The notes under the pieces were generated by a model, which ran no database searches, had not been told where the DNA came from, and saw only the letters and a program-made list of their open reading frames with translations. A DNA stretch of 64,000 nt from a virus. Where the stretch lies: positions 32,551-96,550 of the IMG/VR virus record IMGVR_UViG_3300023174_004998, one strand, 5' to 3'. Of this stretch, positions 36,509-46,015 are shown piece by piece (the stretch's first letter is position 1; the number at the start of each line of letters is the position of its first letter). The position numbers and the translations under genes were made by a program.

Positions 36509-38782
36509 TTAAGACGTCGGTTGGTCAAGGACTATGATTCCATCTTTGTCCACCACACCAGGTGTGGTGTTATCTGTGGCATGAGAAAACACCACAGCGT
36601 CATTGTTCCAGTCAACTGTGACTGCACAATCTTTCAGTCGCTCAAACAAGATTTTCTTACTCAGCGGTACTTTGATTAACTCATCAATTTTGCGACTCAG
36701 CGGACGAGCACCCATTTTGGGATCATAGCCCACGGTGACCAAATGATCGATCATGGCTTCTGTCAGTGCCAGGTTGATCTTCTTTTCAACCAAACTGCGC
36801 TTGAGTTCATCCACAAACTTGACCACTACTTTCTTGATTGACAGCGTATCCAGTTTGTTGAACTTGCAGATCATGTCCAAACGATTGCGTAGCTCGGGCT
36901 TGAAGTAGTCTTTGACAGCACGATCCTCTTCGCCACTCTTGTCTAGGCTCTGTCCAAAGCCAATGTTGTTGTTTTCGTTGTCGCGGGCACCCAAGTTTGA
37001 AGTCATGATAATGATGCAGTTTTTGACATCTACTTTTTTACCGTTGCTACCTGTGATGGTACCTTCGTCCATCATCTGCAAGAAGATATTGGCCACATCA
37101 GGGTGTGCCTTTTCAACTTCATCGAACAGCAACACTGAGAATGGATGCTTGCTCAAGTCATTGATCAGTTTGCCGCCGCCCAGCTGGCTGTCATCGTAGC
37201 CCACAAAGCCCGGAGGCGCACCCAACAACGAACTCACTGTGTGGCGATCTTGATATTCACTCATGTCATAGCGCAGGAGATGCATGTCTAGATTCTCTGC
37301 CAGGAGTTTGGCCAGTTCTGTTTTACCTGTACCAGTGGGCCCTAGGAACAAGAAACAGCCCACAGGACGACGTTGGCTGGCAATACCTGCATAGTTGACA
37401 TAGATGCGTTCCAGCACAGAGTCAACCACAGAATCTTGTCCGTACAGTCGTTGCTTGATGTTTGACTCCAACTCCATGACCTTGGCATTGACATCATTCT
37501 TCACACGATCTGCTGGAATACTGGTCACTCGGCCCACTTGATCCTGGATCATTTCTGCCGTGATCGTGACTTTACCTTGGTCCTTCACCCGCTCTCTAGC
37601 ACACGATGCATCAATGAGGTCAATGGATTTGTCTGGATTCTTTTTGTCGTAGAGATAACGTGTGGCCAATTCCACTGCACGGTCAATGGCCTTGGCATCA
37701 ATTGCGACATTGTGAAACTCTTCCAGTCTAGGTTGCAGACCTTGCAAGATACGCACAGTGGTTGCCGCATCTGGCTCGTCAATGCTCACACGATAGAACC
37801 TACGCATCAAGGCACGGTCCTTTTCAAAGCTCTCGTAGTATTCTTCCCAGGTGGTTGACGCAATGACTTTGAGTATGCCTTTGGTTATGGCAGGCTTGAT
37901 CATGTTGGCAAAGTCCAGTGTGGACGACCCTGACGATCCTGCACCGCGCATGGTGTGTGCTTCGTCAATGAACAGCACTACATTCTTTTTCTGTTCCAAG
38001 GCCATGATAACTGATTTGAGCTTTTCTTCGAACTCTCCACGGTACTTGGATCCAGCCAGCAAGCTACCAATTTCCAGGCTCCATACTTCATGATCTTTGA
38101 GGAACTCGGGCACTTGTTTCGAGTGAATCATTGTGGCCAGGCCTTCAGCAATGGCAGTTTTGCCCACGCCAGGATCTCCCACCATGAGCACGTTGGCTTT
38201 GAACTTCTTGGCCAGCACAGTGATAATTTCATTGAGTTCTGTTGACCGCCCAATCAAGGGTTCTAGTTTGTTCTCGCTGGCCCGGGCACTGAGATTGATA
38301 CAGTGTTCTTCCAGGATTTCGTCTGCTTGATCGTCTGTGAGCAGACCATCCTTGTTATTGTAGTTGGCTTGCCAGAATTCAATGAACGTCTTTTTCTCAA
38401 TGCCGTACTTGAGAAAATAATAGTGTGCATGGCTGTTGCTTTCATTCATGATGGCCAACCATAGATCTATGGTTGTGACCTGTCTGCGCCCTGTAAACAA
38501 CACCTGTGTCAGCGCACGATTAAACACACGTTCTAGTGCATTGGTCTTCTTGGGGTCTTTGTCTCGTTCCATAGACAAGTGGACCATGGAGTCAATGTAG
38601 GCTTCAAGATCGCCATCCAGTTCCGCGACCATGGCGCCAAACTTTACCAATACTGCATTGAAGGGAGCATGCCGTATCAAGGCCAAGGCCAGGTGTTCTA
38701 GAGTCACATACTCGTGATGTTTGATACGGGCCAGTTTCTGCGCCTGGGCCAGTATCTGTTCGATTTCAGGATTCTGTTGCAT
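36509..38782 (-). CDS. clpA: ATP-dependent Clp protease ATPase subunit (ClpA-type)
   Basis: Clp N domain, two AAA modules (GDPGVGKT/FIDEAH; GPTGTGKT/DMSEY/FDEVEKAH), IGF loop, no M-domain. Confidence 0.9.
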   Translation of the reverse strand: MQQNPEIEQILAQAQKLARIKHHEYVTLEHLALALIRHAPFNAVLVKFGAMVAELDGDLEAYIDSMVHLSMERDKDPKKTNALERVFNRALTQVLFTGRRQVTTIDLWLAIMNESNSHAHYYFLKYGIEKKTFIEFWQANYNNKDGLLTDDQADEILEEHCINLSARASENKLEPLIGRSTELNEIITVLAKKFKANVLMVGDPGVGKTAIAEGLATMIHSKQVPEFLKDHEVWSLEIGSLLAGSKYRGEFEEKLKSVIMALEQKKNVVLFIDEAHTMRGAGSSGSSTLDFANMIKPAITKGILKVIASTTWEEYYESFEKDRALMRRFYRVSIDEPDAATTVRILQGLQPRLEEFHNVAIDAKAIDRAVELATRYLYDKKNPDKSIDLIDASCARERVKDQGKVTITAEMIQDQVGRVTSIPADRVKNDVNAKVMELESNIKQRLYGQDSVVDSVLERIYVNYAGIASQRRPVGCFLFLGPTGTGKTELAKLLAENLDMHLLRYDMSEYQDRHTVSSLLGAPPGFVGYDDSQLGGGKLINDLSKHPFSVLLFDEVEKAHPDVANIFLQMMDEGTITGSNGKKVDVKNCIIIMTSNLGARDNENNNIGFGQSLDKSGEEDRAVKDYFKPELRNRLDMICKFNKLDTLSIKKVVVKFVDELKRSLVEKKINLALTEAMIDHLVTVGYDPKMGARPLSRKIDELIKVPLSKKILFERLKDCAVTVDWNNDAVVFSHATDNTTPGVVDKDGIIVLDQPTS

Positions 38783-39215
38783 GTTGCTCCTTTGCTCTAT
38801 CGTGCATGGTTATTCCATCTAAATGATCTAACTCGTGCTGGAAACATCTTGCTTCCAGCCCTTGTAATTGTTCTTCAATCCAGGTGCCCTGTGCGTTTTG
38901 GTAACGCACAGAAACAGCACTGGGTCTCTTTATTTTACACTCATCTTGGGGAAAACTCAAGCATCCTTCGATGTATTCGGTTAAATCAGCACTGCTATCT
39001 GTGATTTCTGGATTGAAACAGGCTCTTTGGATCTGATCAATCTCCATGACAAACAGTCTCCGGCTTACTCCTATCTGTGGAGCAGCCAACCCAATACCGT
39101 TGTTCTTTTTCATCAGCGAAAACATCTGAGTGGCCAAAAATGAATTCTGTGCTGGATGATCAAAGTCCGCAAAGGGTTTGGCAGGTCGGTACAAAACTTT
39201 GTTAGTGAGTTTCAT
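38766..39215 (-). CDS. def: peptide deformylase
   Basis: GIGLAAPQIG, EGCLS, QHELDHLDG. Confidence 0.95.
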   Translation of the reverse strand: MKLTNKVLYRPAKPFADFDHPAQNSFLATQMFSLMKKNNGIGLAAPQIGVSRRLFVMEIDQIQRACFNPEITDSSADLTEYIEGCLSFPQDECKIKRPSAVSVRYQNAQGTWIEEQLQGLEARCFQHELDHLDGITMHDRAKEQHATES

Positions 39216-39219
39216 AAAA

Positions 39220-40023
39220 TTATTTATTGGCCTGTCTTTTGTTCAATACGTCAATGATTTCATCGGGAATATCATCAGGCAACACGGCCTGTAGTTTGAC
39301 TATAAGGTCTCCGGTGGTGTGTCCTTCTCGATCTATACCGCGGCCACGACCTCTTAACATGGTACCTGGTCGAGTGCGTGGCGGAACAGTCAACACCAGA
39401 TCTCGTCCTTGAATGTCGCTGAGTTTTAATTCAGTTCCTGTGATCAAGTCCCAAAAATCCACAGGACGTTCACAGTAAAGATCTAATCCGTTGCGTTGCC
39501 AGTCTGGATGCCCGTGTACACGATAGTTCACTATGAGATCATGACCGCCTGGCGCCAATTTGGGATACCGCACATTTTCATTGTCTTGTATGCCCTTGGG
39601 TATGTGTATCTCCAGTGTTATGTTACCTTGTGGTGTACCCACGCTGACAGTCCTAGGTCCGCCTGTAACAGCATCTACCAAGGGTATCCATATACTCACA
39701 CGTTGATTTCTTTGTGTTTGCTGTTGTCTAGGGCCCATGCGAGCACCAAACATTTCAAATATACTATCAAAATCAAAAGGTCCCCCGGCTCCATGGAACG
39801 GACTGCCATTGACATTGATACGCACATGCGGATGTGGATTATCGTATTGTTGCTTTTTTTGTGGGTCGCCCAAGGTAGCATAGGCTTCTTGTATGGCCTG
39901 GAACTTGACTTGATCACCGCCGCGGTCAGGATGATGCTTCATGGCCGCTTTGCGGTATGCTCGTTTTATTTCATCATCAGTGGCGTTGCGCTGTACACCC
40001 AGCGTTTGGTAATAGTCTATCAT
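39220..40023 (-). CDS. DnaJ/CbpA-like co-chaperone
   Basis: J domain with HPD, G/F region, C-terminal domain, no zinc finger. Confidence 0.9.
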   Translation of the reverse strand: MIDYYQTLGVQRNATDDEIKRAYRKAAMKHHPDRGGDQVKFQAIQEAYATLGDPQKKQQYDNPHPHVRINVNGSPFHGAGGPFDFDSIFEMFGARMGPRQQQTQRNQRVSIWIPLVDAVTGGPRTVSVGTPQGNITLEIHIPKGIQDNENVRYPKLAPGGHDLIVNYRVHGHPDWQRNGLDLYCERPVDFWDLITGTELKLSDIQGRDLVLTVPPRTRPGTMLRGRGRGIDREGHTTGDLIVKLQAVLPDDIPDEIIDVLNKRQANK

Positions 40024-40030
40024 ACAAAAG

Positions 40031-40078
40031 AAAAAGGCAGTATAACTTAATTATACTACCTTTTTTGGGCAAAAGCAA
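40031..40078 (-). terminator. hairpin AAAAGGTAGTATAA/TTATACTGCCTTTTT with embedded promoter TTGCTT-N17-TATAAT
   Basis: Inverted repeat with U-tract between the lysis genes and dnaJ. Confidence 0.6.
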
Positions 40079-40080
40079 GA

Positions 40081-40299
40081 TTATTTTTTATCTGGTACTG
40101 CTGTACCTTCGTGCTTTTTATGCTGTTTTACTTCTTTGCAATTCTGTCTTGGCGAACCGTCTTTGTTTTTCAGTGGCTTGCCTTCTTTGTCTTTGACATC
40201 CACGCAGACTTTTTTGGTTTCGGGTTTTTTGTCATCGGCTGCCTGGGCTGGGTATGCCACGGCCAATGCCAGACCTGCCGCAAATATAATATGTTTCAT
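40081..40299 (-). CDS. small secreted basic protein
   Basis: Signal peptide, two Cys, Lys-rich. Confidence 0.7.
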   Translation of the reverse strand: MKHIIFAAGLALAVAYPAQAADDKKPETKKVCVDVKDKEGKPLKNKDGSPRQNCKEVKQHKKHEGTAVPDKK

Positions 40300-40302
40300 A
40301 GA

Positions 40303-40419
40303 TTATCCTTTTTTAAACAGGCCCAGGACCTTGGCCTGGATTGTTTTTGCAAAATCAGGTTGGGGGAAGTTCCAACCTATAAATGCTCCTAGTGCTAACC
40401 AAAATATAGTTTCTAACAT
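40303..40419 (-). CDS. 38-aa membrane peptide MLETIFWLALGAFIGWNFPQP...
   Basis: Hand translation, AAGGAG SD. Confidence 0.65.
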   Translation of the reverse strand: MLETIFWLALGAFIGWNFPQPDFAKTIQAKVLGLFKKG

Positions 40420-40437
40420 TGTTATTCTCCTTTGTTG

Positions 40438-40914
40438 TTATCTTTCTGGGAACGGTGGCTGTACTGGTGCTGGCTTGCCGCCAAAGCCCGGGGTAACTGG
40501 TGCTCCAAAGCTGGGTGCTGGTGTGCTCACTGCTGGGCTGCCAAAGCCAGGAGCAGTGCTCACAGTGTTGCCACCTAGCGGTGCACCACCAAAGCTGGGT
40601 GCTGGTGTAGCAGTGGGCGGTAATGTTGCACCGGCTTTGTCATTGAGTTTTTCCTGTGTACGACCATATGCGGCAATACCAAGGATGGCGCCCATGGCCA
40701 TGTGGAACAGGCCTGCACCTTGTAGTGTGATCGGGCTCCATTGTGTTTCCACACGGCCCCCACCTATGACTTGTACCAGGCTCCATAAGATGGGAAATGC
40801 CACAAAGTCAGCCATACACACCAACATGTACATCCACCCCATGGCTGGACGCCATTTTGAATTCATCCAGTCTTCGTTCTTTTTTGCGCTTTCGCTTTTG
40901 ACTTCTTCTGACAT
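40438..40914 (-). CDS. holin (3TM / GTA-type holin-like)
   Basis: WMNSKWRPAMGW, hydrophobic segments, YGRTQEK; next to endolysin. Confidence 0.75.
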   Translation of the reverse strand: MSEEVKSESAKKNEDWMNSKWRPAMGWMYMLVCMADFVAFPILWSLVQVIGGGRVETQWSPITLQGAGLFHMAMGAILGIAAYGRTQEKLNDKAGATLPPTATPAPSFGGAPLGGNTVSTAPGFGSPAVSTPAPSFGAPVTPGFGGKPAPVQPPFPER

Positions 40915-40932
40915 ATCTAGCTCCTTCTAAAT

Positions 40933-41544
40933 TTATTTTGTGATATCGTTATATATTTTTTGTTGTGCTCGATACCATTCCTGCCACGCTTTTAATTTTT
41001 CTGCGTTTTCGTGGCAGGCTCCGTAGTTTTCAATGACTCTGTCGAGGAGCCTACTGGCTTCAACTCCCGAGGGGGTTCCATCAGTTGCGGCGGAACGCTG
41101 GGGAACTTCATTGCGACTGGCACTGTCGTGCAAGCTGACAGTGCTACGAGGCAAACTGCACTGAGCATCCAGTTGCTTGCCCGCGACTTCTTTGACAATT
41201 TCTCTGTTGATATAAACATTTTCTTTGACTACCTTTATCTTTTCAACTATTTTAGTTTCGATCACAGTGTTCACTTGTTGTGATTTCTCTTCGGCAATTC
41301 GAACTCGTTCTTTCATTTCGGCTATCATTTCTCTGTAGCCTATACCACCATAAAAATAAGCGGCAACAACAAGAGCTGCCACACCTGCCAACTCTGCGGG
41401 CAATCGATAACGACCCATGAGCGGTATCCAGCTGACCAACTTGCTGGCCACATACAGTACAACACCTGCCGCAAACAATAGATAAGTGACCCAGACGAAT
41501 ATACTGTCAGGAATCAACTGCAACATCCATTGTAACTGCCACAT
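40933..41544 (-). CDS. inner-membrane spanin (Rz-like)
   Basis: N-terminal TM segments, coiled coil, Cys; in lysis cassette. Confidence 0.7.
   Translation of the reverse strand: MWQLQWMLQLIPDSIFVWVTYLLFAAGVVLYVASKLVSWIPLMGRYRLPAELAGVAALVVAAYFYGGIGYREMIAEMKERVRIAEEKSQQVNTVIETKIVEKIKVVKENVYINREIVKEVAGKQLDAQCSLPRSTVSLHDSASRNEVPQRSAATDGTPSGVEASRLLDRVIENYGACHENAEKLKAWQEWYRAQQKIYNDITK
40992..41219 (-). CDS. outer-membrane spanin lipoprotein (Rz1-like), nested in another frame
   Basis: Lipobox LVALSAC followed by Pro-rich TTVPVAMKFPSVPPQLMEPP; alternative start 41168. Confidence 0.7.
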   Translation of the reverse strand: MFISTEKLSKKSRASNWMLSAVCLVALSACTTVPVAMKFPSVPPQLMEPPRELKPVGSSTESLKTTEPATKTQKN

Positions 41545-41545
41545 T

Positions 41546-42172
41546 TTAGACGCCTAACACATGCTTGGCATGCTCGTAGTGTTTCTTTCGATCTTCCAGC
41601 CCAATGGTACCGCCGTTGATGCGTTTGGTCATTGTTAAGATATCATCCTTGTCAGCATACTGATTGAGGTTGTTGGTTTCCCAGAACCAACAGGCTGATT
41701 GCACAGCACCTTCAAAAGTTTGCAGGTACTCAGCGGCTTCTTCCACTGGGATGTCAAGACTGCCAGCAAAAAAAGCATAGTTGTCACGCCCGGTGAGCTG
41801 TATCAGTCCACGACCACAATAGCGGAAACCATCACCGGATATTTCGTCACCGTTGCCCATGCGATTGGCGTACACGCGATTGGCAATGGCTTCTTGTTTG
41901 TTGTGCAAGTTGGCATAGTGATTTGCGGTGGCATCGTCAGGAAAATACTTGGGAAATACTTTACGCAGTGTTGCGGCTTTGTAGTTTAAGTTTTCTTTAA
42001 GGAACACAAATCCGCCTGACTCGTGAGCACACTGAGCTATAAAAGCAGCCACACGTTGTGGAGTGTCTATTCCGTACTCAGGCAGTATTTCATTGAGTGC
42101 TTCGCACCAATGATCCAAGTAGGGATTTTTAGGTATAAGTTGTGCTAATTGATCTCTTGTTATAACAGACAT
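41546..42172 (-). CDS. GH19 chitinase-like endolysin
   Basis: AAFIAQCAHESGGF, ENLNY, YCGRGLIQLTG, SACWFW, TKRINGG. Confidence 0.92.
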   Translation of the reverse strand: MSVITRDQLAQLIPKNPYLDHWCEALNEILPEYGIDTPQRVAAFIAQCAHESGGFVFLKENLNYKAATLRKVFPKYFPDDATANHYANLHNKQEAIANRVYANRMGNGDEISGDGFRYCGRGLIQLTGRDNYAFFAGSLDIPVEEAAEYLQTFEGAVQSACWFWETNNLNQYADKDDILTMTKRINGGTIGLEDRKKHYEHAKHVLGV

Positions 42173-42198
42173 TGTTTTACTCCTTGTTGTATATTTAG

Positions 42199-43308
42199 TT
42201 AAAAACTGGGTTGGTATAGGCCAGCATGGTTTTGACTGCGTAAACGGTTGATTTCCAGATTGTAGAGTTCGCCTTTTTCCCAAAGGTCTGGATCATAAAC
42301 ATGGGTTTTAATATTGTCAGATAGCCGTGTCAAGATTTCAACTGTGGGCTCGTGATCTTCTAACTCAATCAAGGCATCAATGTAGCGCCAGGCTGAGTCA
42401 GTCAATACCCAAGGCCAATTTATGGGATTGAGATAGTCAGGGTAATTGCACAGTTGTATGAACTGTGTGCGACCATTGGGCCTATGGTAATTTTTTCTAA
42501 TGTCTCTAGTAAAGGCCAGCAGTGGACCAAGTTGGAAAAGATTTAATCTTGAAATCACTGTGGAAAAATTTAAACTGTGACCATGCTCGGCCAACCAGCG
42601 TATGTTGTGTTCTACTTGTGCCCAGTCAGTGCCATGCCGTATAATTTCAGCTGTGGGACCTACAGCGTCAATACTCACTGTGAAATTTACATTGGGCATG
42701 TCTCGAGCAATCTCCAACCAGTAATGATCACGGAAGCTACCATTGGTAATAATCTGTATATTTGTATCCAGTTTGGCAGTGCGTACAAGGTCAATGATTT
42801 CTCGTACTTCGGGCAACAAGGTAGGTTCACCACCTGTGAACATCAATCTTTTTATCTGTGGCAAGTGACTGACAATCCAGTTCTTGTCGCTTACTGTGGC
42901 TGTTTTTTCTGGTGGTACTTGGTATAAGAATTGTAAAAATTCTGAACGTTTGACATCGGCAGCAATGCCATTGCTGAAGAAAGGTTCGCAGGTGCGACAT
43001 TTGAAATTACAAACATTGCTGGATCGATAATCTATGTAATCTATCTCAGTGCTGTGGACTGGCTCTTCGTAGTCCTTTAGTGCGCCAAGACGAGTGCTGG
43101 TGCCTTGCTGTTGTTCGTTGCGAATGCACTGAGCACAGCCAGGATCCACTGTGCCCGACAGTATGTTTTGTTGTATCTGTTTTAATTCGTTTCCGGCAAT
43201 CCATTGATCTATAGAGACATTGGTCACACGGGTGTAGCTACAACAAGGCTTTACACCTCGGGGTTCTACAAATACATGTCGGAAAGGTAACGGGCAGTAG
43301 GTACTCAC
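42199..43308 (-). CDS. radical SAM protein with N-terminal twitch/SPASM-like Cys domain
   Basis: CPLPF...PCC...CAQC; CNFKCRTC; FTGGEP; ITNG; VSIDA. Confidence 0.88.
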   Translation of the reverse strand: MSTYCPLPFRHVFVEPRGVKPCCSYTRVTNVSIDQWIAGNELKQIQQNILSGTVDPGCAQCIRNEQQQGTSTRLGALKDYEEPVHSTEIDYIDYRSSNVCNFKCRTCEPFFSNGIAADVKRSEFLQFLYQVPPEKTATVSDKNWIVSHLPQIKRLMFTGGEPTLLPEVREIIDLVRTAKLDTNIQIITNGSFRDHYWLEIARDMPNVNFTVSIDAVGPTAEIIRHGTDWAQVEHNIRWLAEHGHSLNFSTVISRLNLFQLGPLLAFTRDIRKNYHRPNGRTQFIQLCNYPDYLNPINWPWVLTDSAWRYIDALIELEDHEPTVEILTRLSDNIKTHVYDPDLWEKGELYNLEINRLRSQNHAGLYQPSF

Positions 43309-43315
43309 CCACTAT

Positions 43316-43855
43316 TTACAGTAGGCCGGCGGCTGCTTGTAAACTTTTGATGTCAGGTTCGCGATCGTAGATCTGTTTCACTGGAATGCCTGATGCGGCT
43401 CGCATTTCATTGAGTTCACTGTCGACTTTTTTGCGATATTCGCCGGGTGAGCCAGGAACTTGTTGATTGTAGGCTTCCACTGACCAAGGTGTGTCTTTGC
43501 CACGATAGTGCATGGTCCATTGACTGGAATTTTCATATTCGGTCAGCGTGGAAAAATCTTCCAATATCTCATTGAGTTTTTCTCCGGTACTGGATCTGCG
43601 TTTCATTTCAACATAGACAAGATAACGATTGGGCTTGATTTCACCAGGACTCATGTCTGCATCTATCACAAAGTCATAGCCCTTTTCAAACCAGTTGACC
43701 AGGTCTTTGGCAGCCTGTTGATCACGCACAAAAAAGCTGGCCACAACTATTTCTTCATCGTCGCCCATCTTTGATGAAAACTCATCGATGTGTATGGTGG
43801 GCTTCATCATGCCCAGCATGTCTTTAAAGTGTAGGCCTTCAGATAGCTGGGGCAT
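43316..43855 (-). CDS. hypothetical phage protein
   Basis: IHIDEFSSKMG...FEKGYDFVIDAD. Confidence 0.7.
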   Translation of the reverse strand: MPQLSEGLHFKDMLGMMKPTIHIDEFSSKMGDDEEIVVASFFVRDQQAAKDLVNWFEKGYDFVIDADMSPGEIKPNRYLVYVEMKRRSSTGEKLNEILEDFSTLTEYENSSQWTMHYRGKDTPWSVEAYNQQVPGSPGEYRKKVDSELNEMRAASGIPVKQIYDREPDIKSLQAAAGLL

Positions 43856-44438
43856 TTGGTAATCCTCCAGGAGCCTGTAGTTGAGCTTGTGCGGCTTGTG
43901 CATTGCCAGCATCTTGATATTGTTCTTGATCTAGATCTTGTTCATAGGCTTGATCCAGTTCTTCAAGATCCACGGTTTGATCTTCCAGTTCAATACTACC
44001 AGTTTTGATGTCATTCATTAGATGCTTGGGCATGACGATTTCCACCAACCATACAGGTTTTTCAGTGAGTCTAGCAGTGTGTGTACCTGGCTGATAATCG
44101 TCAGGTTTACGTATTTTCATTGGAACTTTGATCTTGGTCTTTTTGAAGCGTACATCGCAATCAAAAGGCAGTAATCTGCGAGCACCACGTGGGTCAGGCA
44201 TGAGTTCACCGGGCCACATGAATATACAGCCCACTTTGTATTTGCCAATGTCTGGACCTGCCACTAGCTCGCCTAGATCCCAGTTTTTAAAAGCATAGAT
44301 ATCTAGTTCGTCCAGCACACGTTCAAAGTCCAACAGCGTGGACAAGCTACCGTCTGACAGATAAAGATCGCGGATGTTTTCAGCCACTAACCAGTAGTCT
44401 TGATCGTCTTTGAAGATTTTTTCGTCTTTTAATTCCAT
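43839..44438 (-). CDS. hypothetical phage protein
   Basis: LLDFERVLDELDIYAFKNW...MPDPRG; ATG 5 nt after TAAATA. Confidence 0.7.
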   Translation of the reverse strand: MELKDEKIFKDDQDYWLVAENIRDLYLSDGSLSTLLDFERVLDELDIYAFKNWDLGELVAGPDIGKYKVGCIFMWPGELMPDPRGARRLLPFDCDVRFKKTKIKVPMKIRKPDDYQPGTHTARLTEKPVWLVEIVMPKHLMNDIKTGSIELEDQTVDLEELDQAYEQDLDQEQYQDAGNAQAAQAQLQAPGGLPNAPAI

Positions 44439-44618
44439 GCAAGTATTTACCTGGCTACGTGTTTTGTGTTTTTTTGCGAGACCTTAGGTCTGAGTGGAGC
44501 CTAATACTTAGCATCAATATTTCTGAATTCTGTCTTGTTTTATGGCCCGAAACAAACACCTAAATATCTATGTCAGATCAAGCTGACAAAAAACAAAATG
44601 TTCAAAGGAGAATCAACA

Positions 44619-45350
44619 TTGAGTAGAGCAAGAGGAGCGAAAGCTCAGAAACGTATTCACACCCAAGAAAACACCATCAACTTCAATCAAGCACTAAAAA
44701 CACAGCTCAGACAAATTGAGCTCGTACCAAAAACCCGCAATCAAGAATCCCTTATATTAAACCTGTTAGATCCCACCCAGCACATAGTGGTGGCTGTGGG
44801 TCCTGCCGGAACGGGCAAGACTTATTTGGCCATGCAAGCGGCCATCAAGGCTCTCAAAACAGGTCAATGCGAAAGGATAGTTCTTACCCGTCCTGCGGTA
44901 GGTGTAGAAGATGAACGTCATGGATTCCTGCCCGGAGATTTAATCTCAAAAATGGAGCCTTGGACCAGACCACTCTTGGATGTGTTGCGTGAGTATTACA
45001 ATCCCCGCGAAATCGTCAAAATGATGGACGACCAGATCATAGAAATATCCCCGCTGGCTTACATGCGAGGACGCACTTTCAAATCTAGTTGGATCATTGC
45101 TGACGAGATGCAAAATGCAACTCCAGGACAAATGAAAATGCTTTTGAGTCGGATTGGATCCGGGTCAAAGATAGTGGTTACGGGAGACGTTGAACAGACC
45201 GATCGCACAGCGAAAGAAAATGGCCTACTAGATCTCTGTGAGAGACTGAAAGCGCAAAACGCAAATGGCCTATGTGTCAACACACTAGGAAAACGGGATA
45301 TCCAACGTCACCCAATTATTGATACTGTGCTAGGACTTTATGCAGAATAG
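44619..45350 (+). CDS. phoH: PhoH-family ATPase
   Basis: GPAGTGKT, RPAV, GFLPG, PLAYMRGRTF, DEMQN, GDVEQ; TTG start after AAGGAG; TAAATA at 44561. Confidence 0.92.
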   Translation: MSRARGAKAQKRIHTQENTINFNQALKTQLRQIELVPKTRNQESLILNLLDPTQHIVVAVGPAGTGKTYLAMQAAIKALKTGQCERIVLTRPAVGVEDERHGFLPGDLISKMEPWTRPLLDVLREYYNPREIVKMMDDQIIEISPLAYMRGRTFKSSWIIADEMQNATPGQMKMLLSRIGSGSKIVVTGDVEQTDRTAKENGLLDLCERLKAQNANGLCVNTLGKRDIQRHPIIDTVLGLYAE

Positions 45351-45952
45351 GAGGAGCCAGTAACCTGGCGGAATATTTCTGCCCAGTTTTTGCAAACTGT
45401 AATACCTGGGTGGTCGTTGTTCATGTTGTGACCATGCTCTAGTAGGATAGGCCGTAGGCCAGCTTTGTATCCTGCTACAGCATTCTCAGTCTTGTCCTCG
45501 ACCCACCAGCATCCAGTGCCTTCATATTCTTCCAAGGCGTCGTCCTTGTGGGCACCAGTGTCAAGACAGACTATGCGTTCAAATGCTGTGGCGCCATAGA
45601 TCTTGTGCAGGTTCATCTCTCTCAGCTTCTGGGCATTGGGATCCATGCTGAGACTGGTGATACAGTGAAACCTATATCCATATTCTTCATGCAGTCTTTT
45701 TACATAGTACACTGAATCACGCAAGGCCGGCAAGAACCCAATGGCCGCCGATTCGTTGAACAGTTTGATTAGTTTGCGTACCTGCTCTTTTGGTATGTCA
45801 TAGCGTATGGCCATGTCATAGTTGAGTTTTGAACCTGGTACTTCTTGAAATCCATGCTCTTGCATCCAAACATTGAATGCCCACTCCCAATCGAGCAGTA
45901 CACCGTCGCAGTCAACTAGGATCAGCTGGTTTAGGTTTTTCCACTTTTTCAT
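45338..45952 (-). CDS. HAD-superfamily phosphatase (5'-nucleotidase-like)
   Basis: DCDGVLLDW, ITS, K, WVEDK. Confidence 0.85.
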   Translation of the reverse strand: MKKWKNLNQLILVDCDGVLLDWEWAFNVWMQEHGFQEVPGSKLNYDMAIRYDIPKEQVRKLIKLFNESAAIGFLPALRDSVYYVKRLHEEYGYRFHCITSLSMDPNAQKLREMNLHKIYGATAFERIVCLDTGAHKDDALEEYEGTGCWWVEDKTENAVAGYKAGLRPILLEHGHNMNNDHPGITVCKNWAEIFRQVTGSSYSA

Positions 45953-45959
45953 ATAACTT

Positions 45960-45988
45960 ATTATACTACCAATCTGTTTTGCAGTCAA
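45960..45988 (-). promoter_or_regulatory. sigma70 promoter TTGACT-N17-TATAAT
   Basis: Near-consensus; ATG 7 nt downstream of the -10 box, no SD. Confidence 0.8.
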
Positions 45989-46015
45989 CCGCTGTACAGT
46001 TAGTTAAATACTTTT

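Noticed and set aside
36509-40023. Bacterial chromosomal origin of the clpA/def/dnaJ block
   Set aside because: Carries phage late promoters and is interleaved with lysis and phage hypothetical genes
40136-40930. 264-aa plus-strand ORF and many other plus-strand ORFs in the track
   Set aside because: Antisense shadows of well-supported minus-strand genes, with no motifs or RBS
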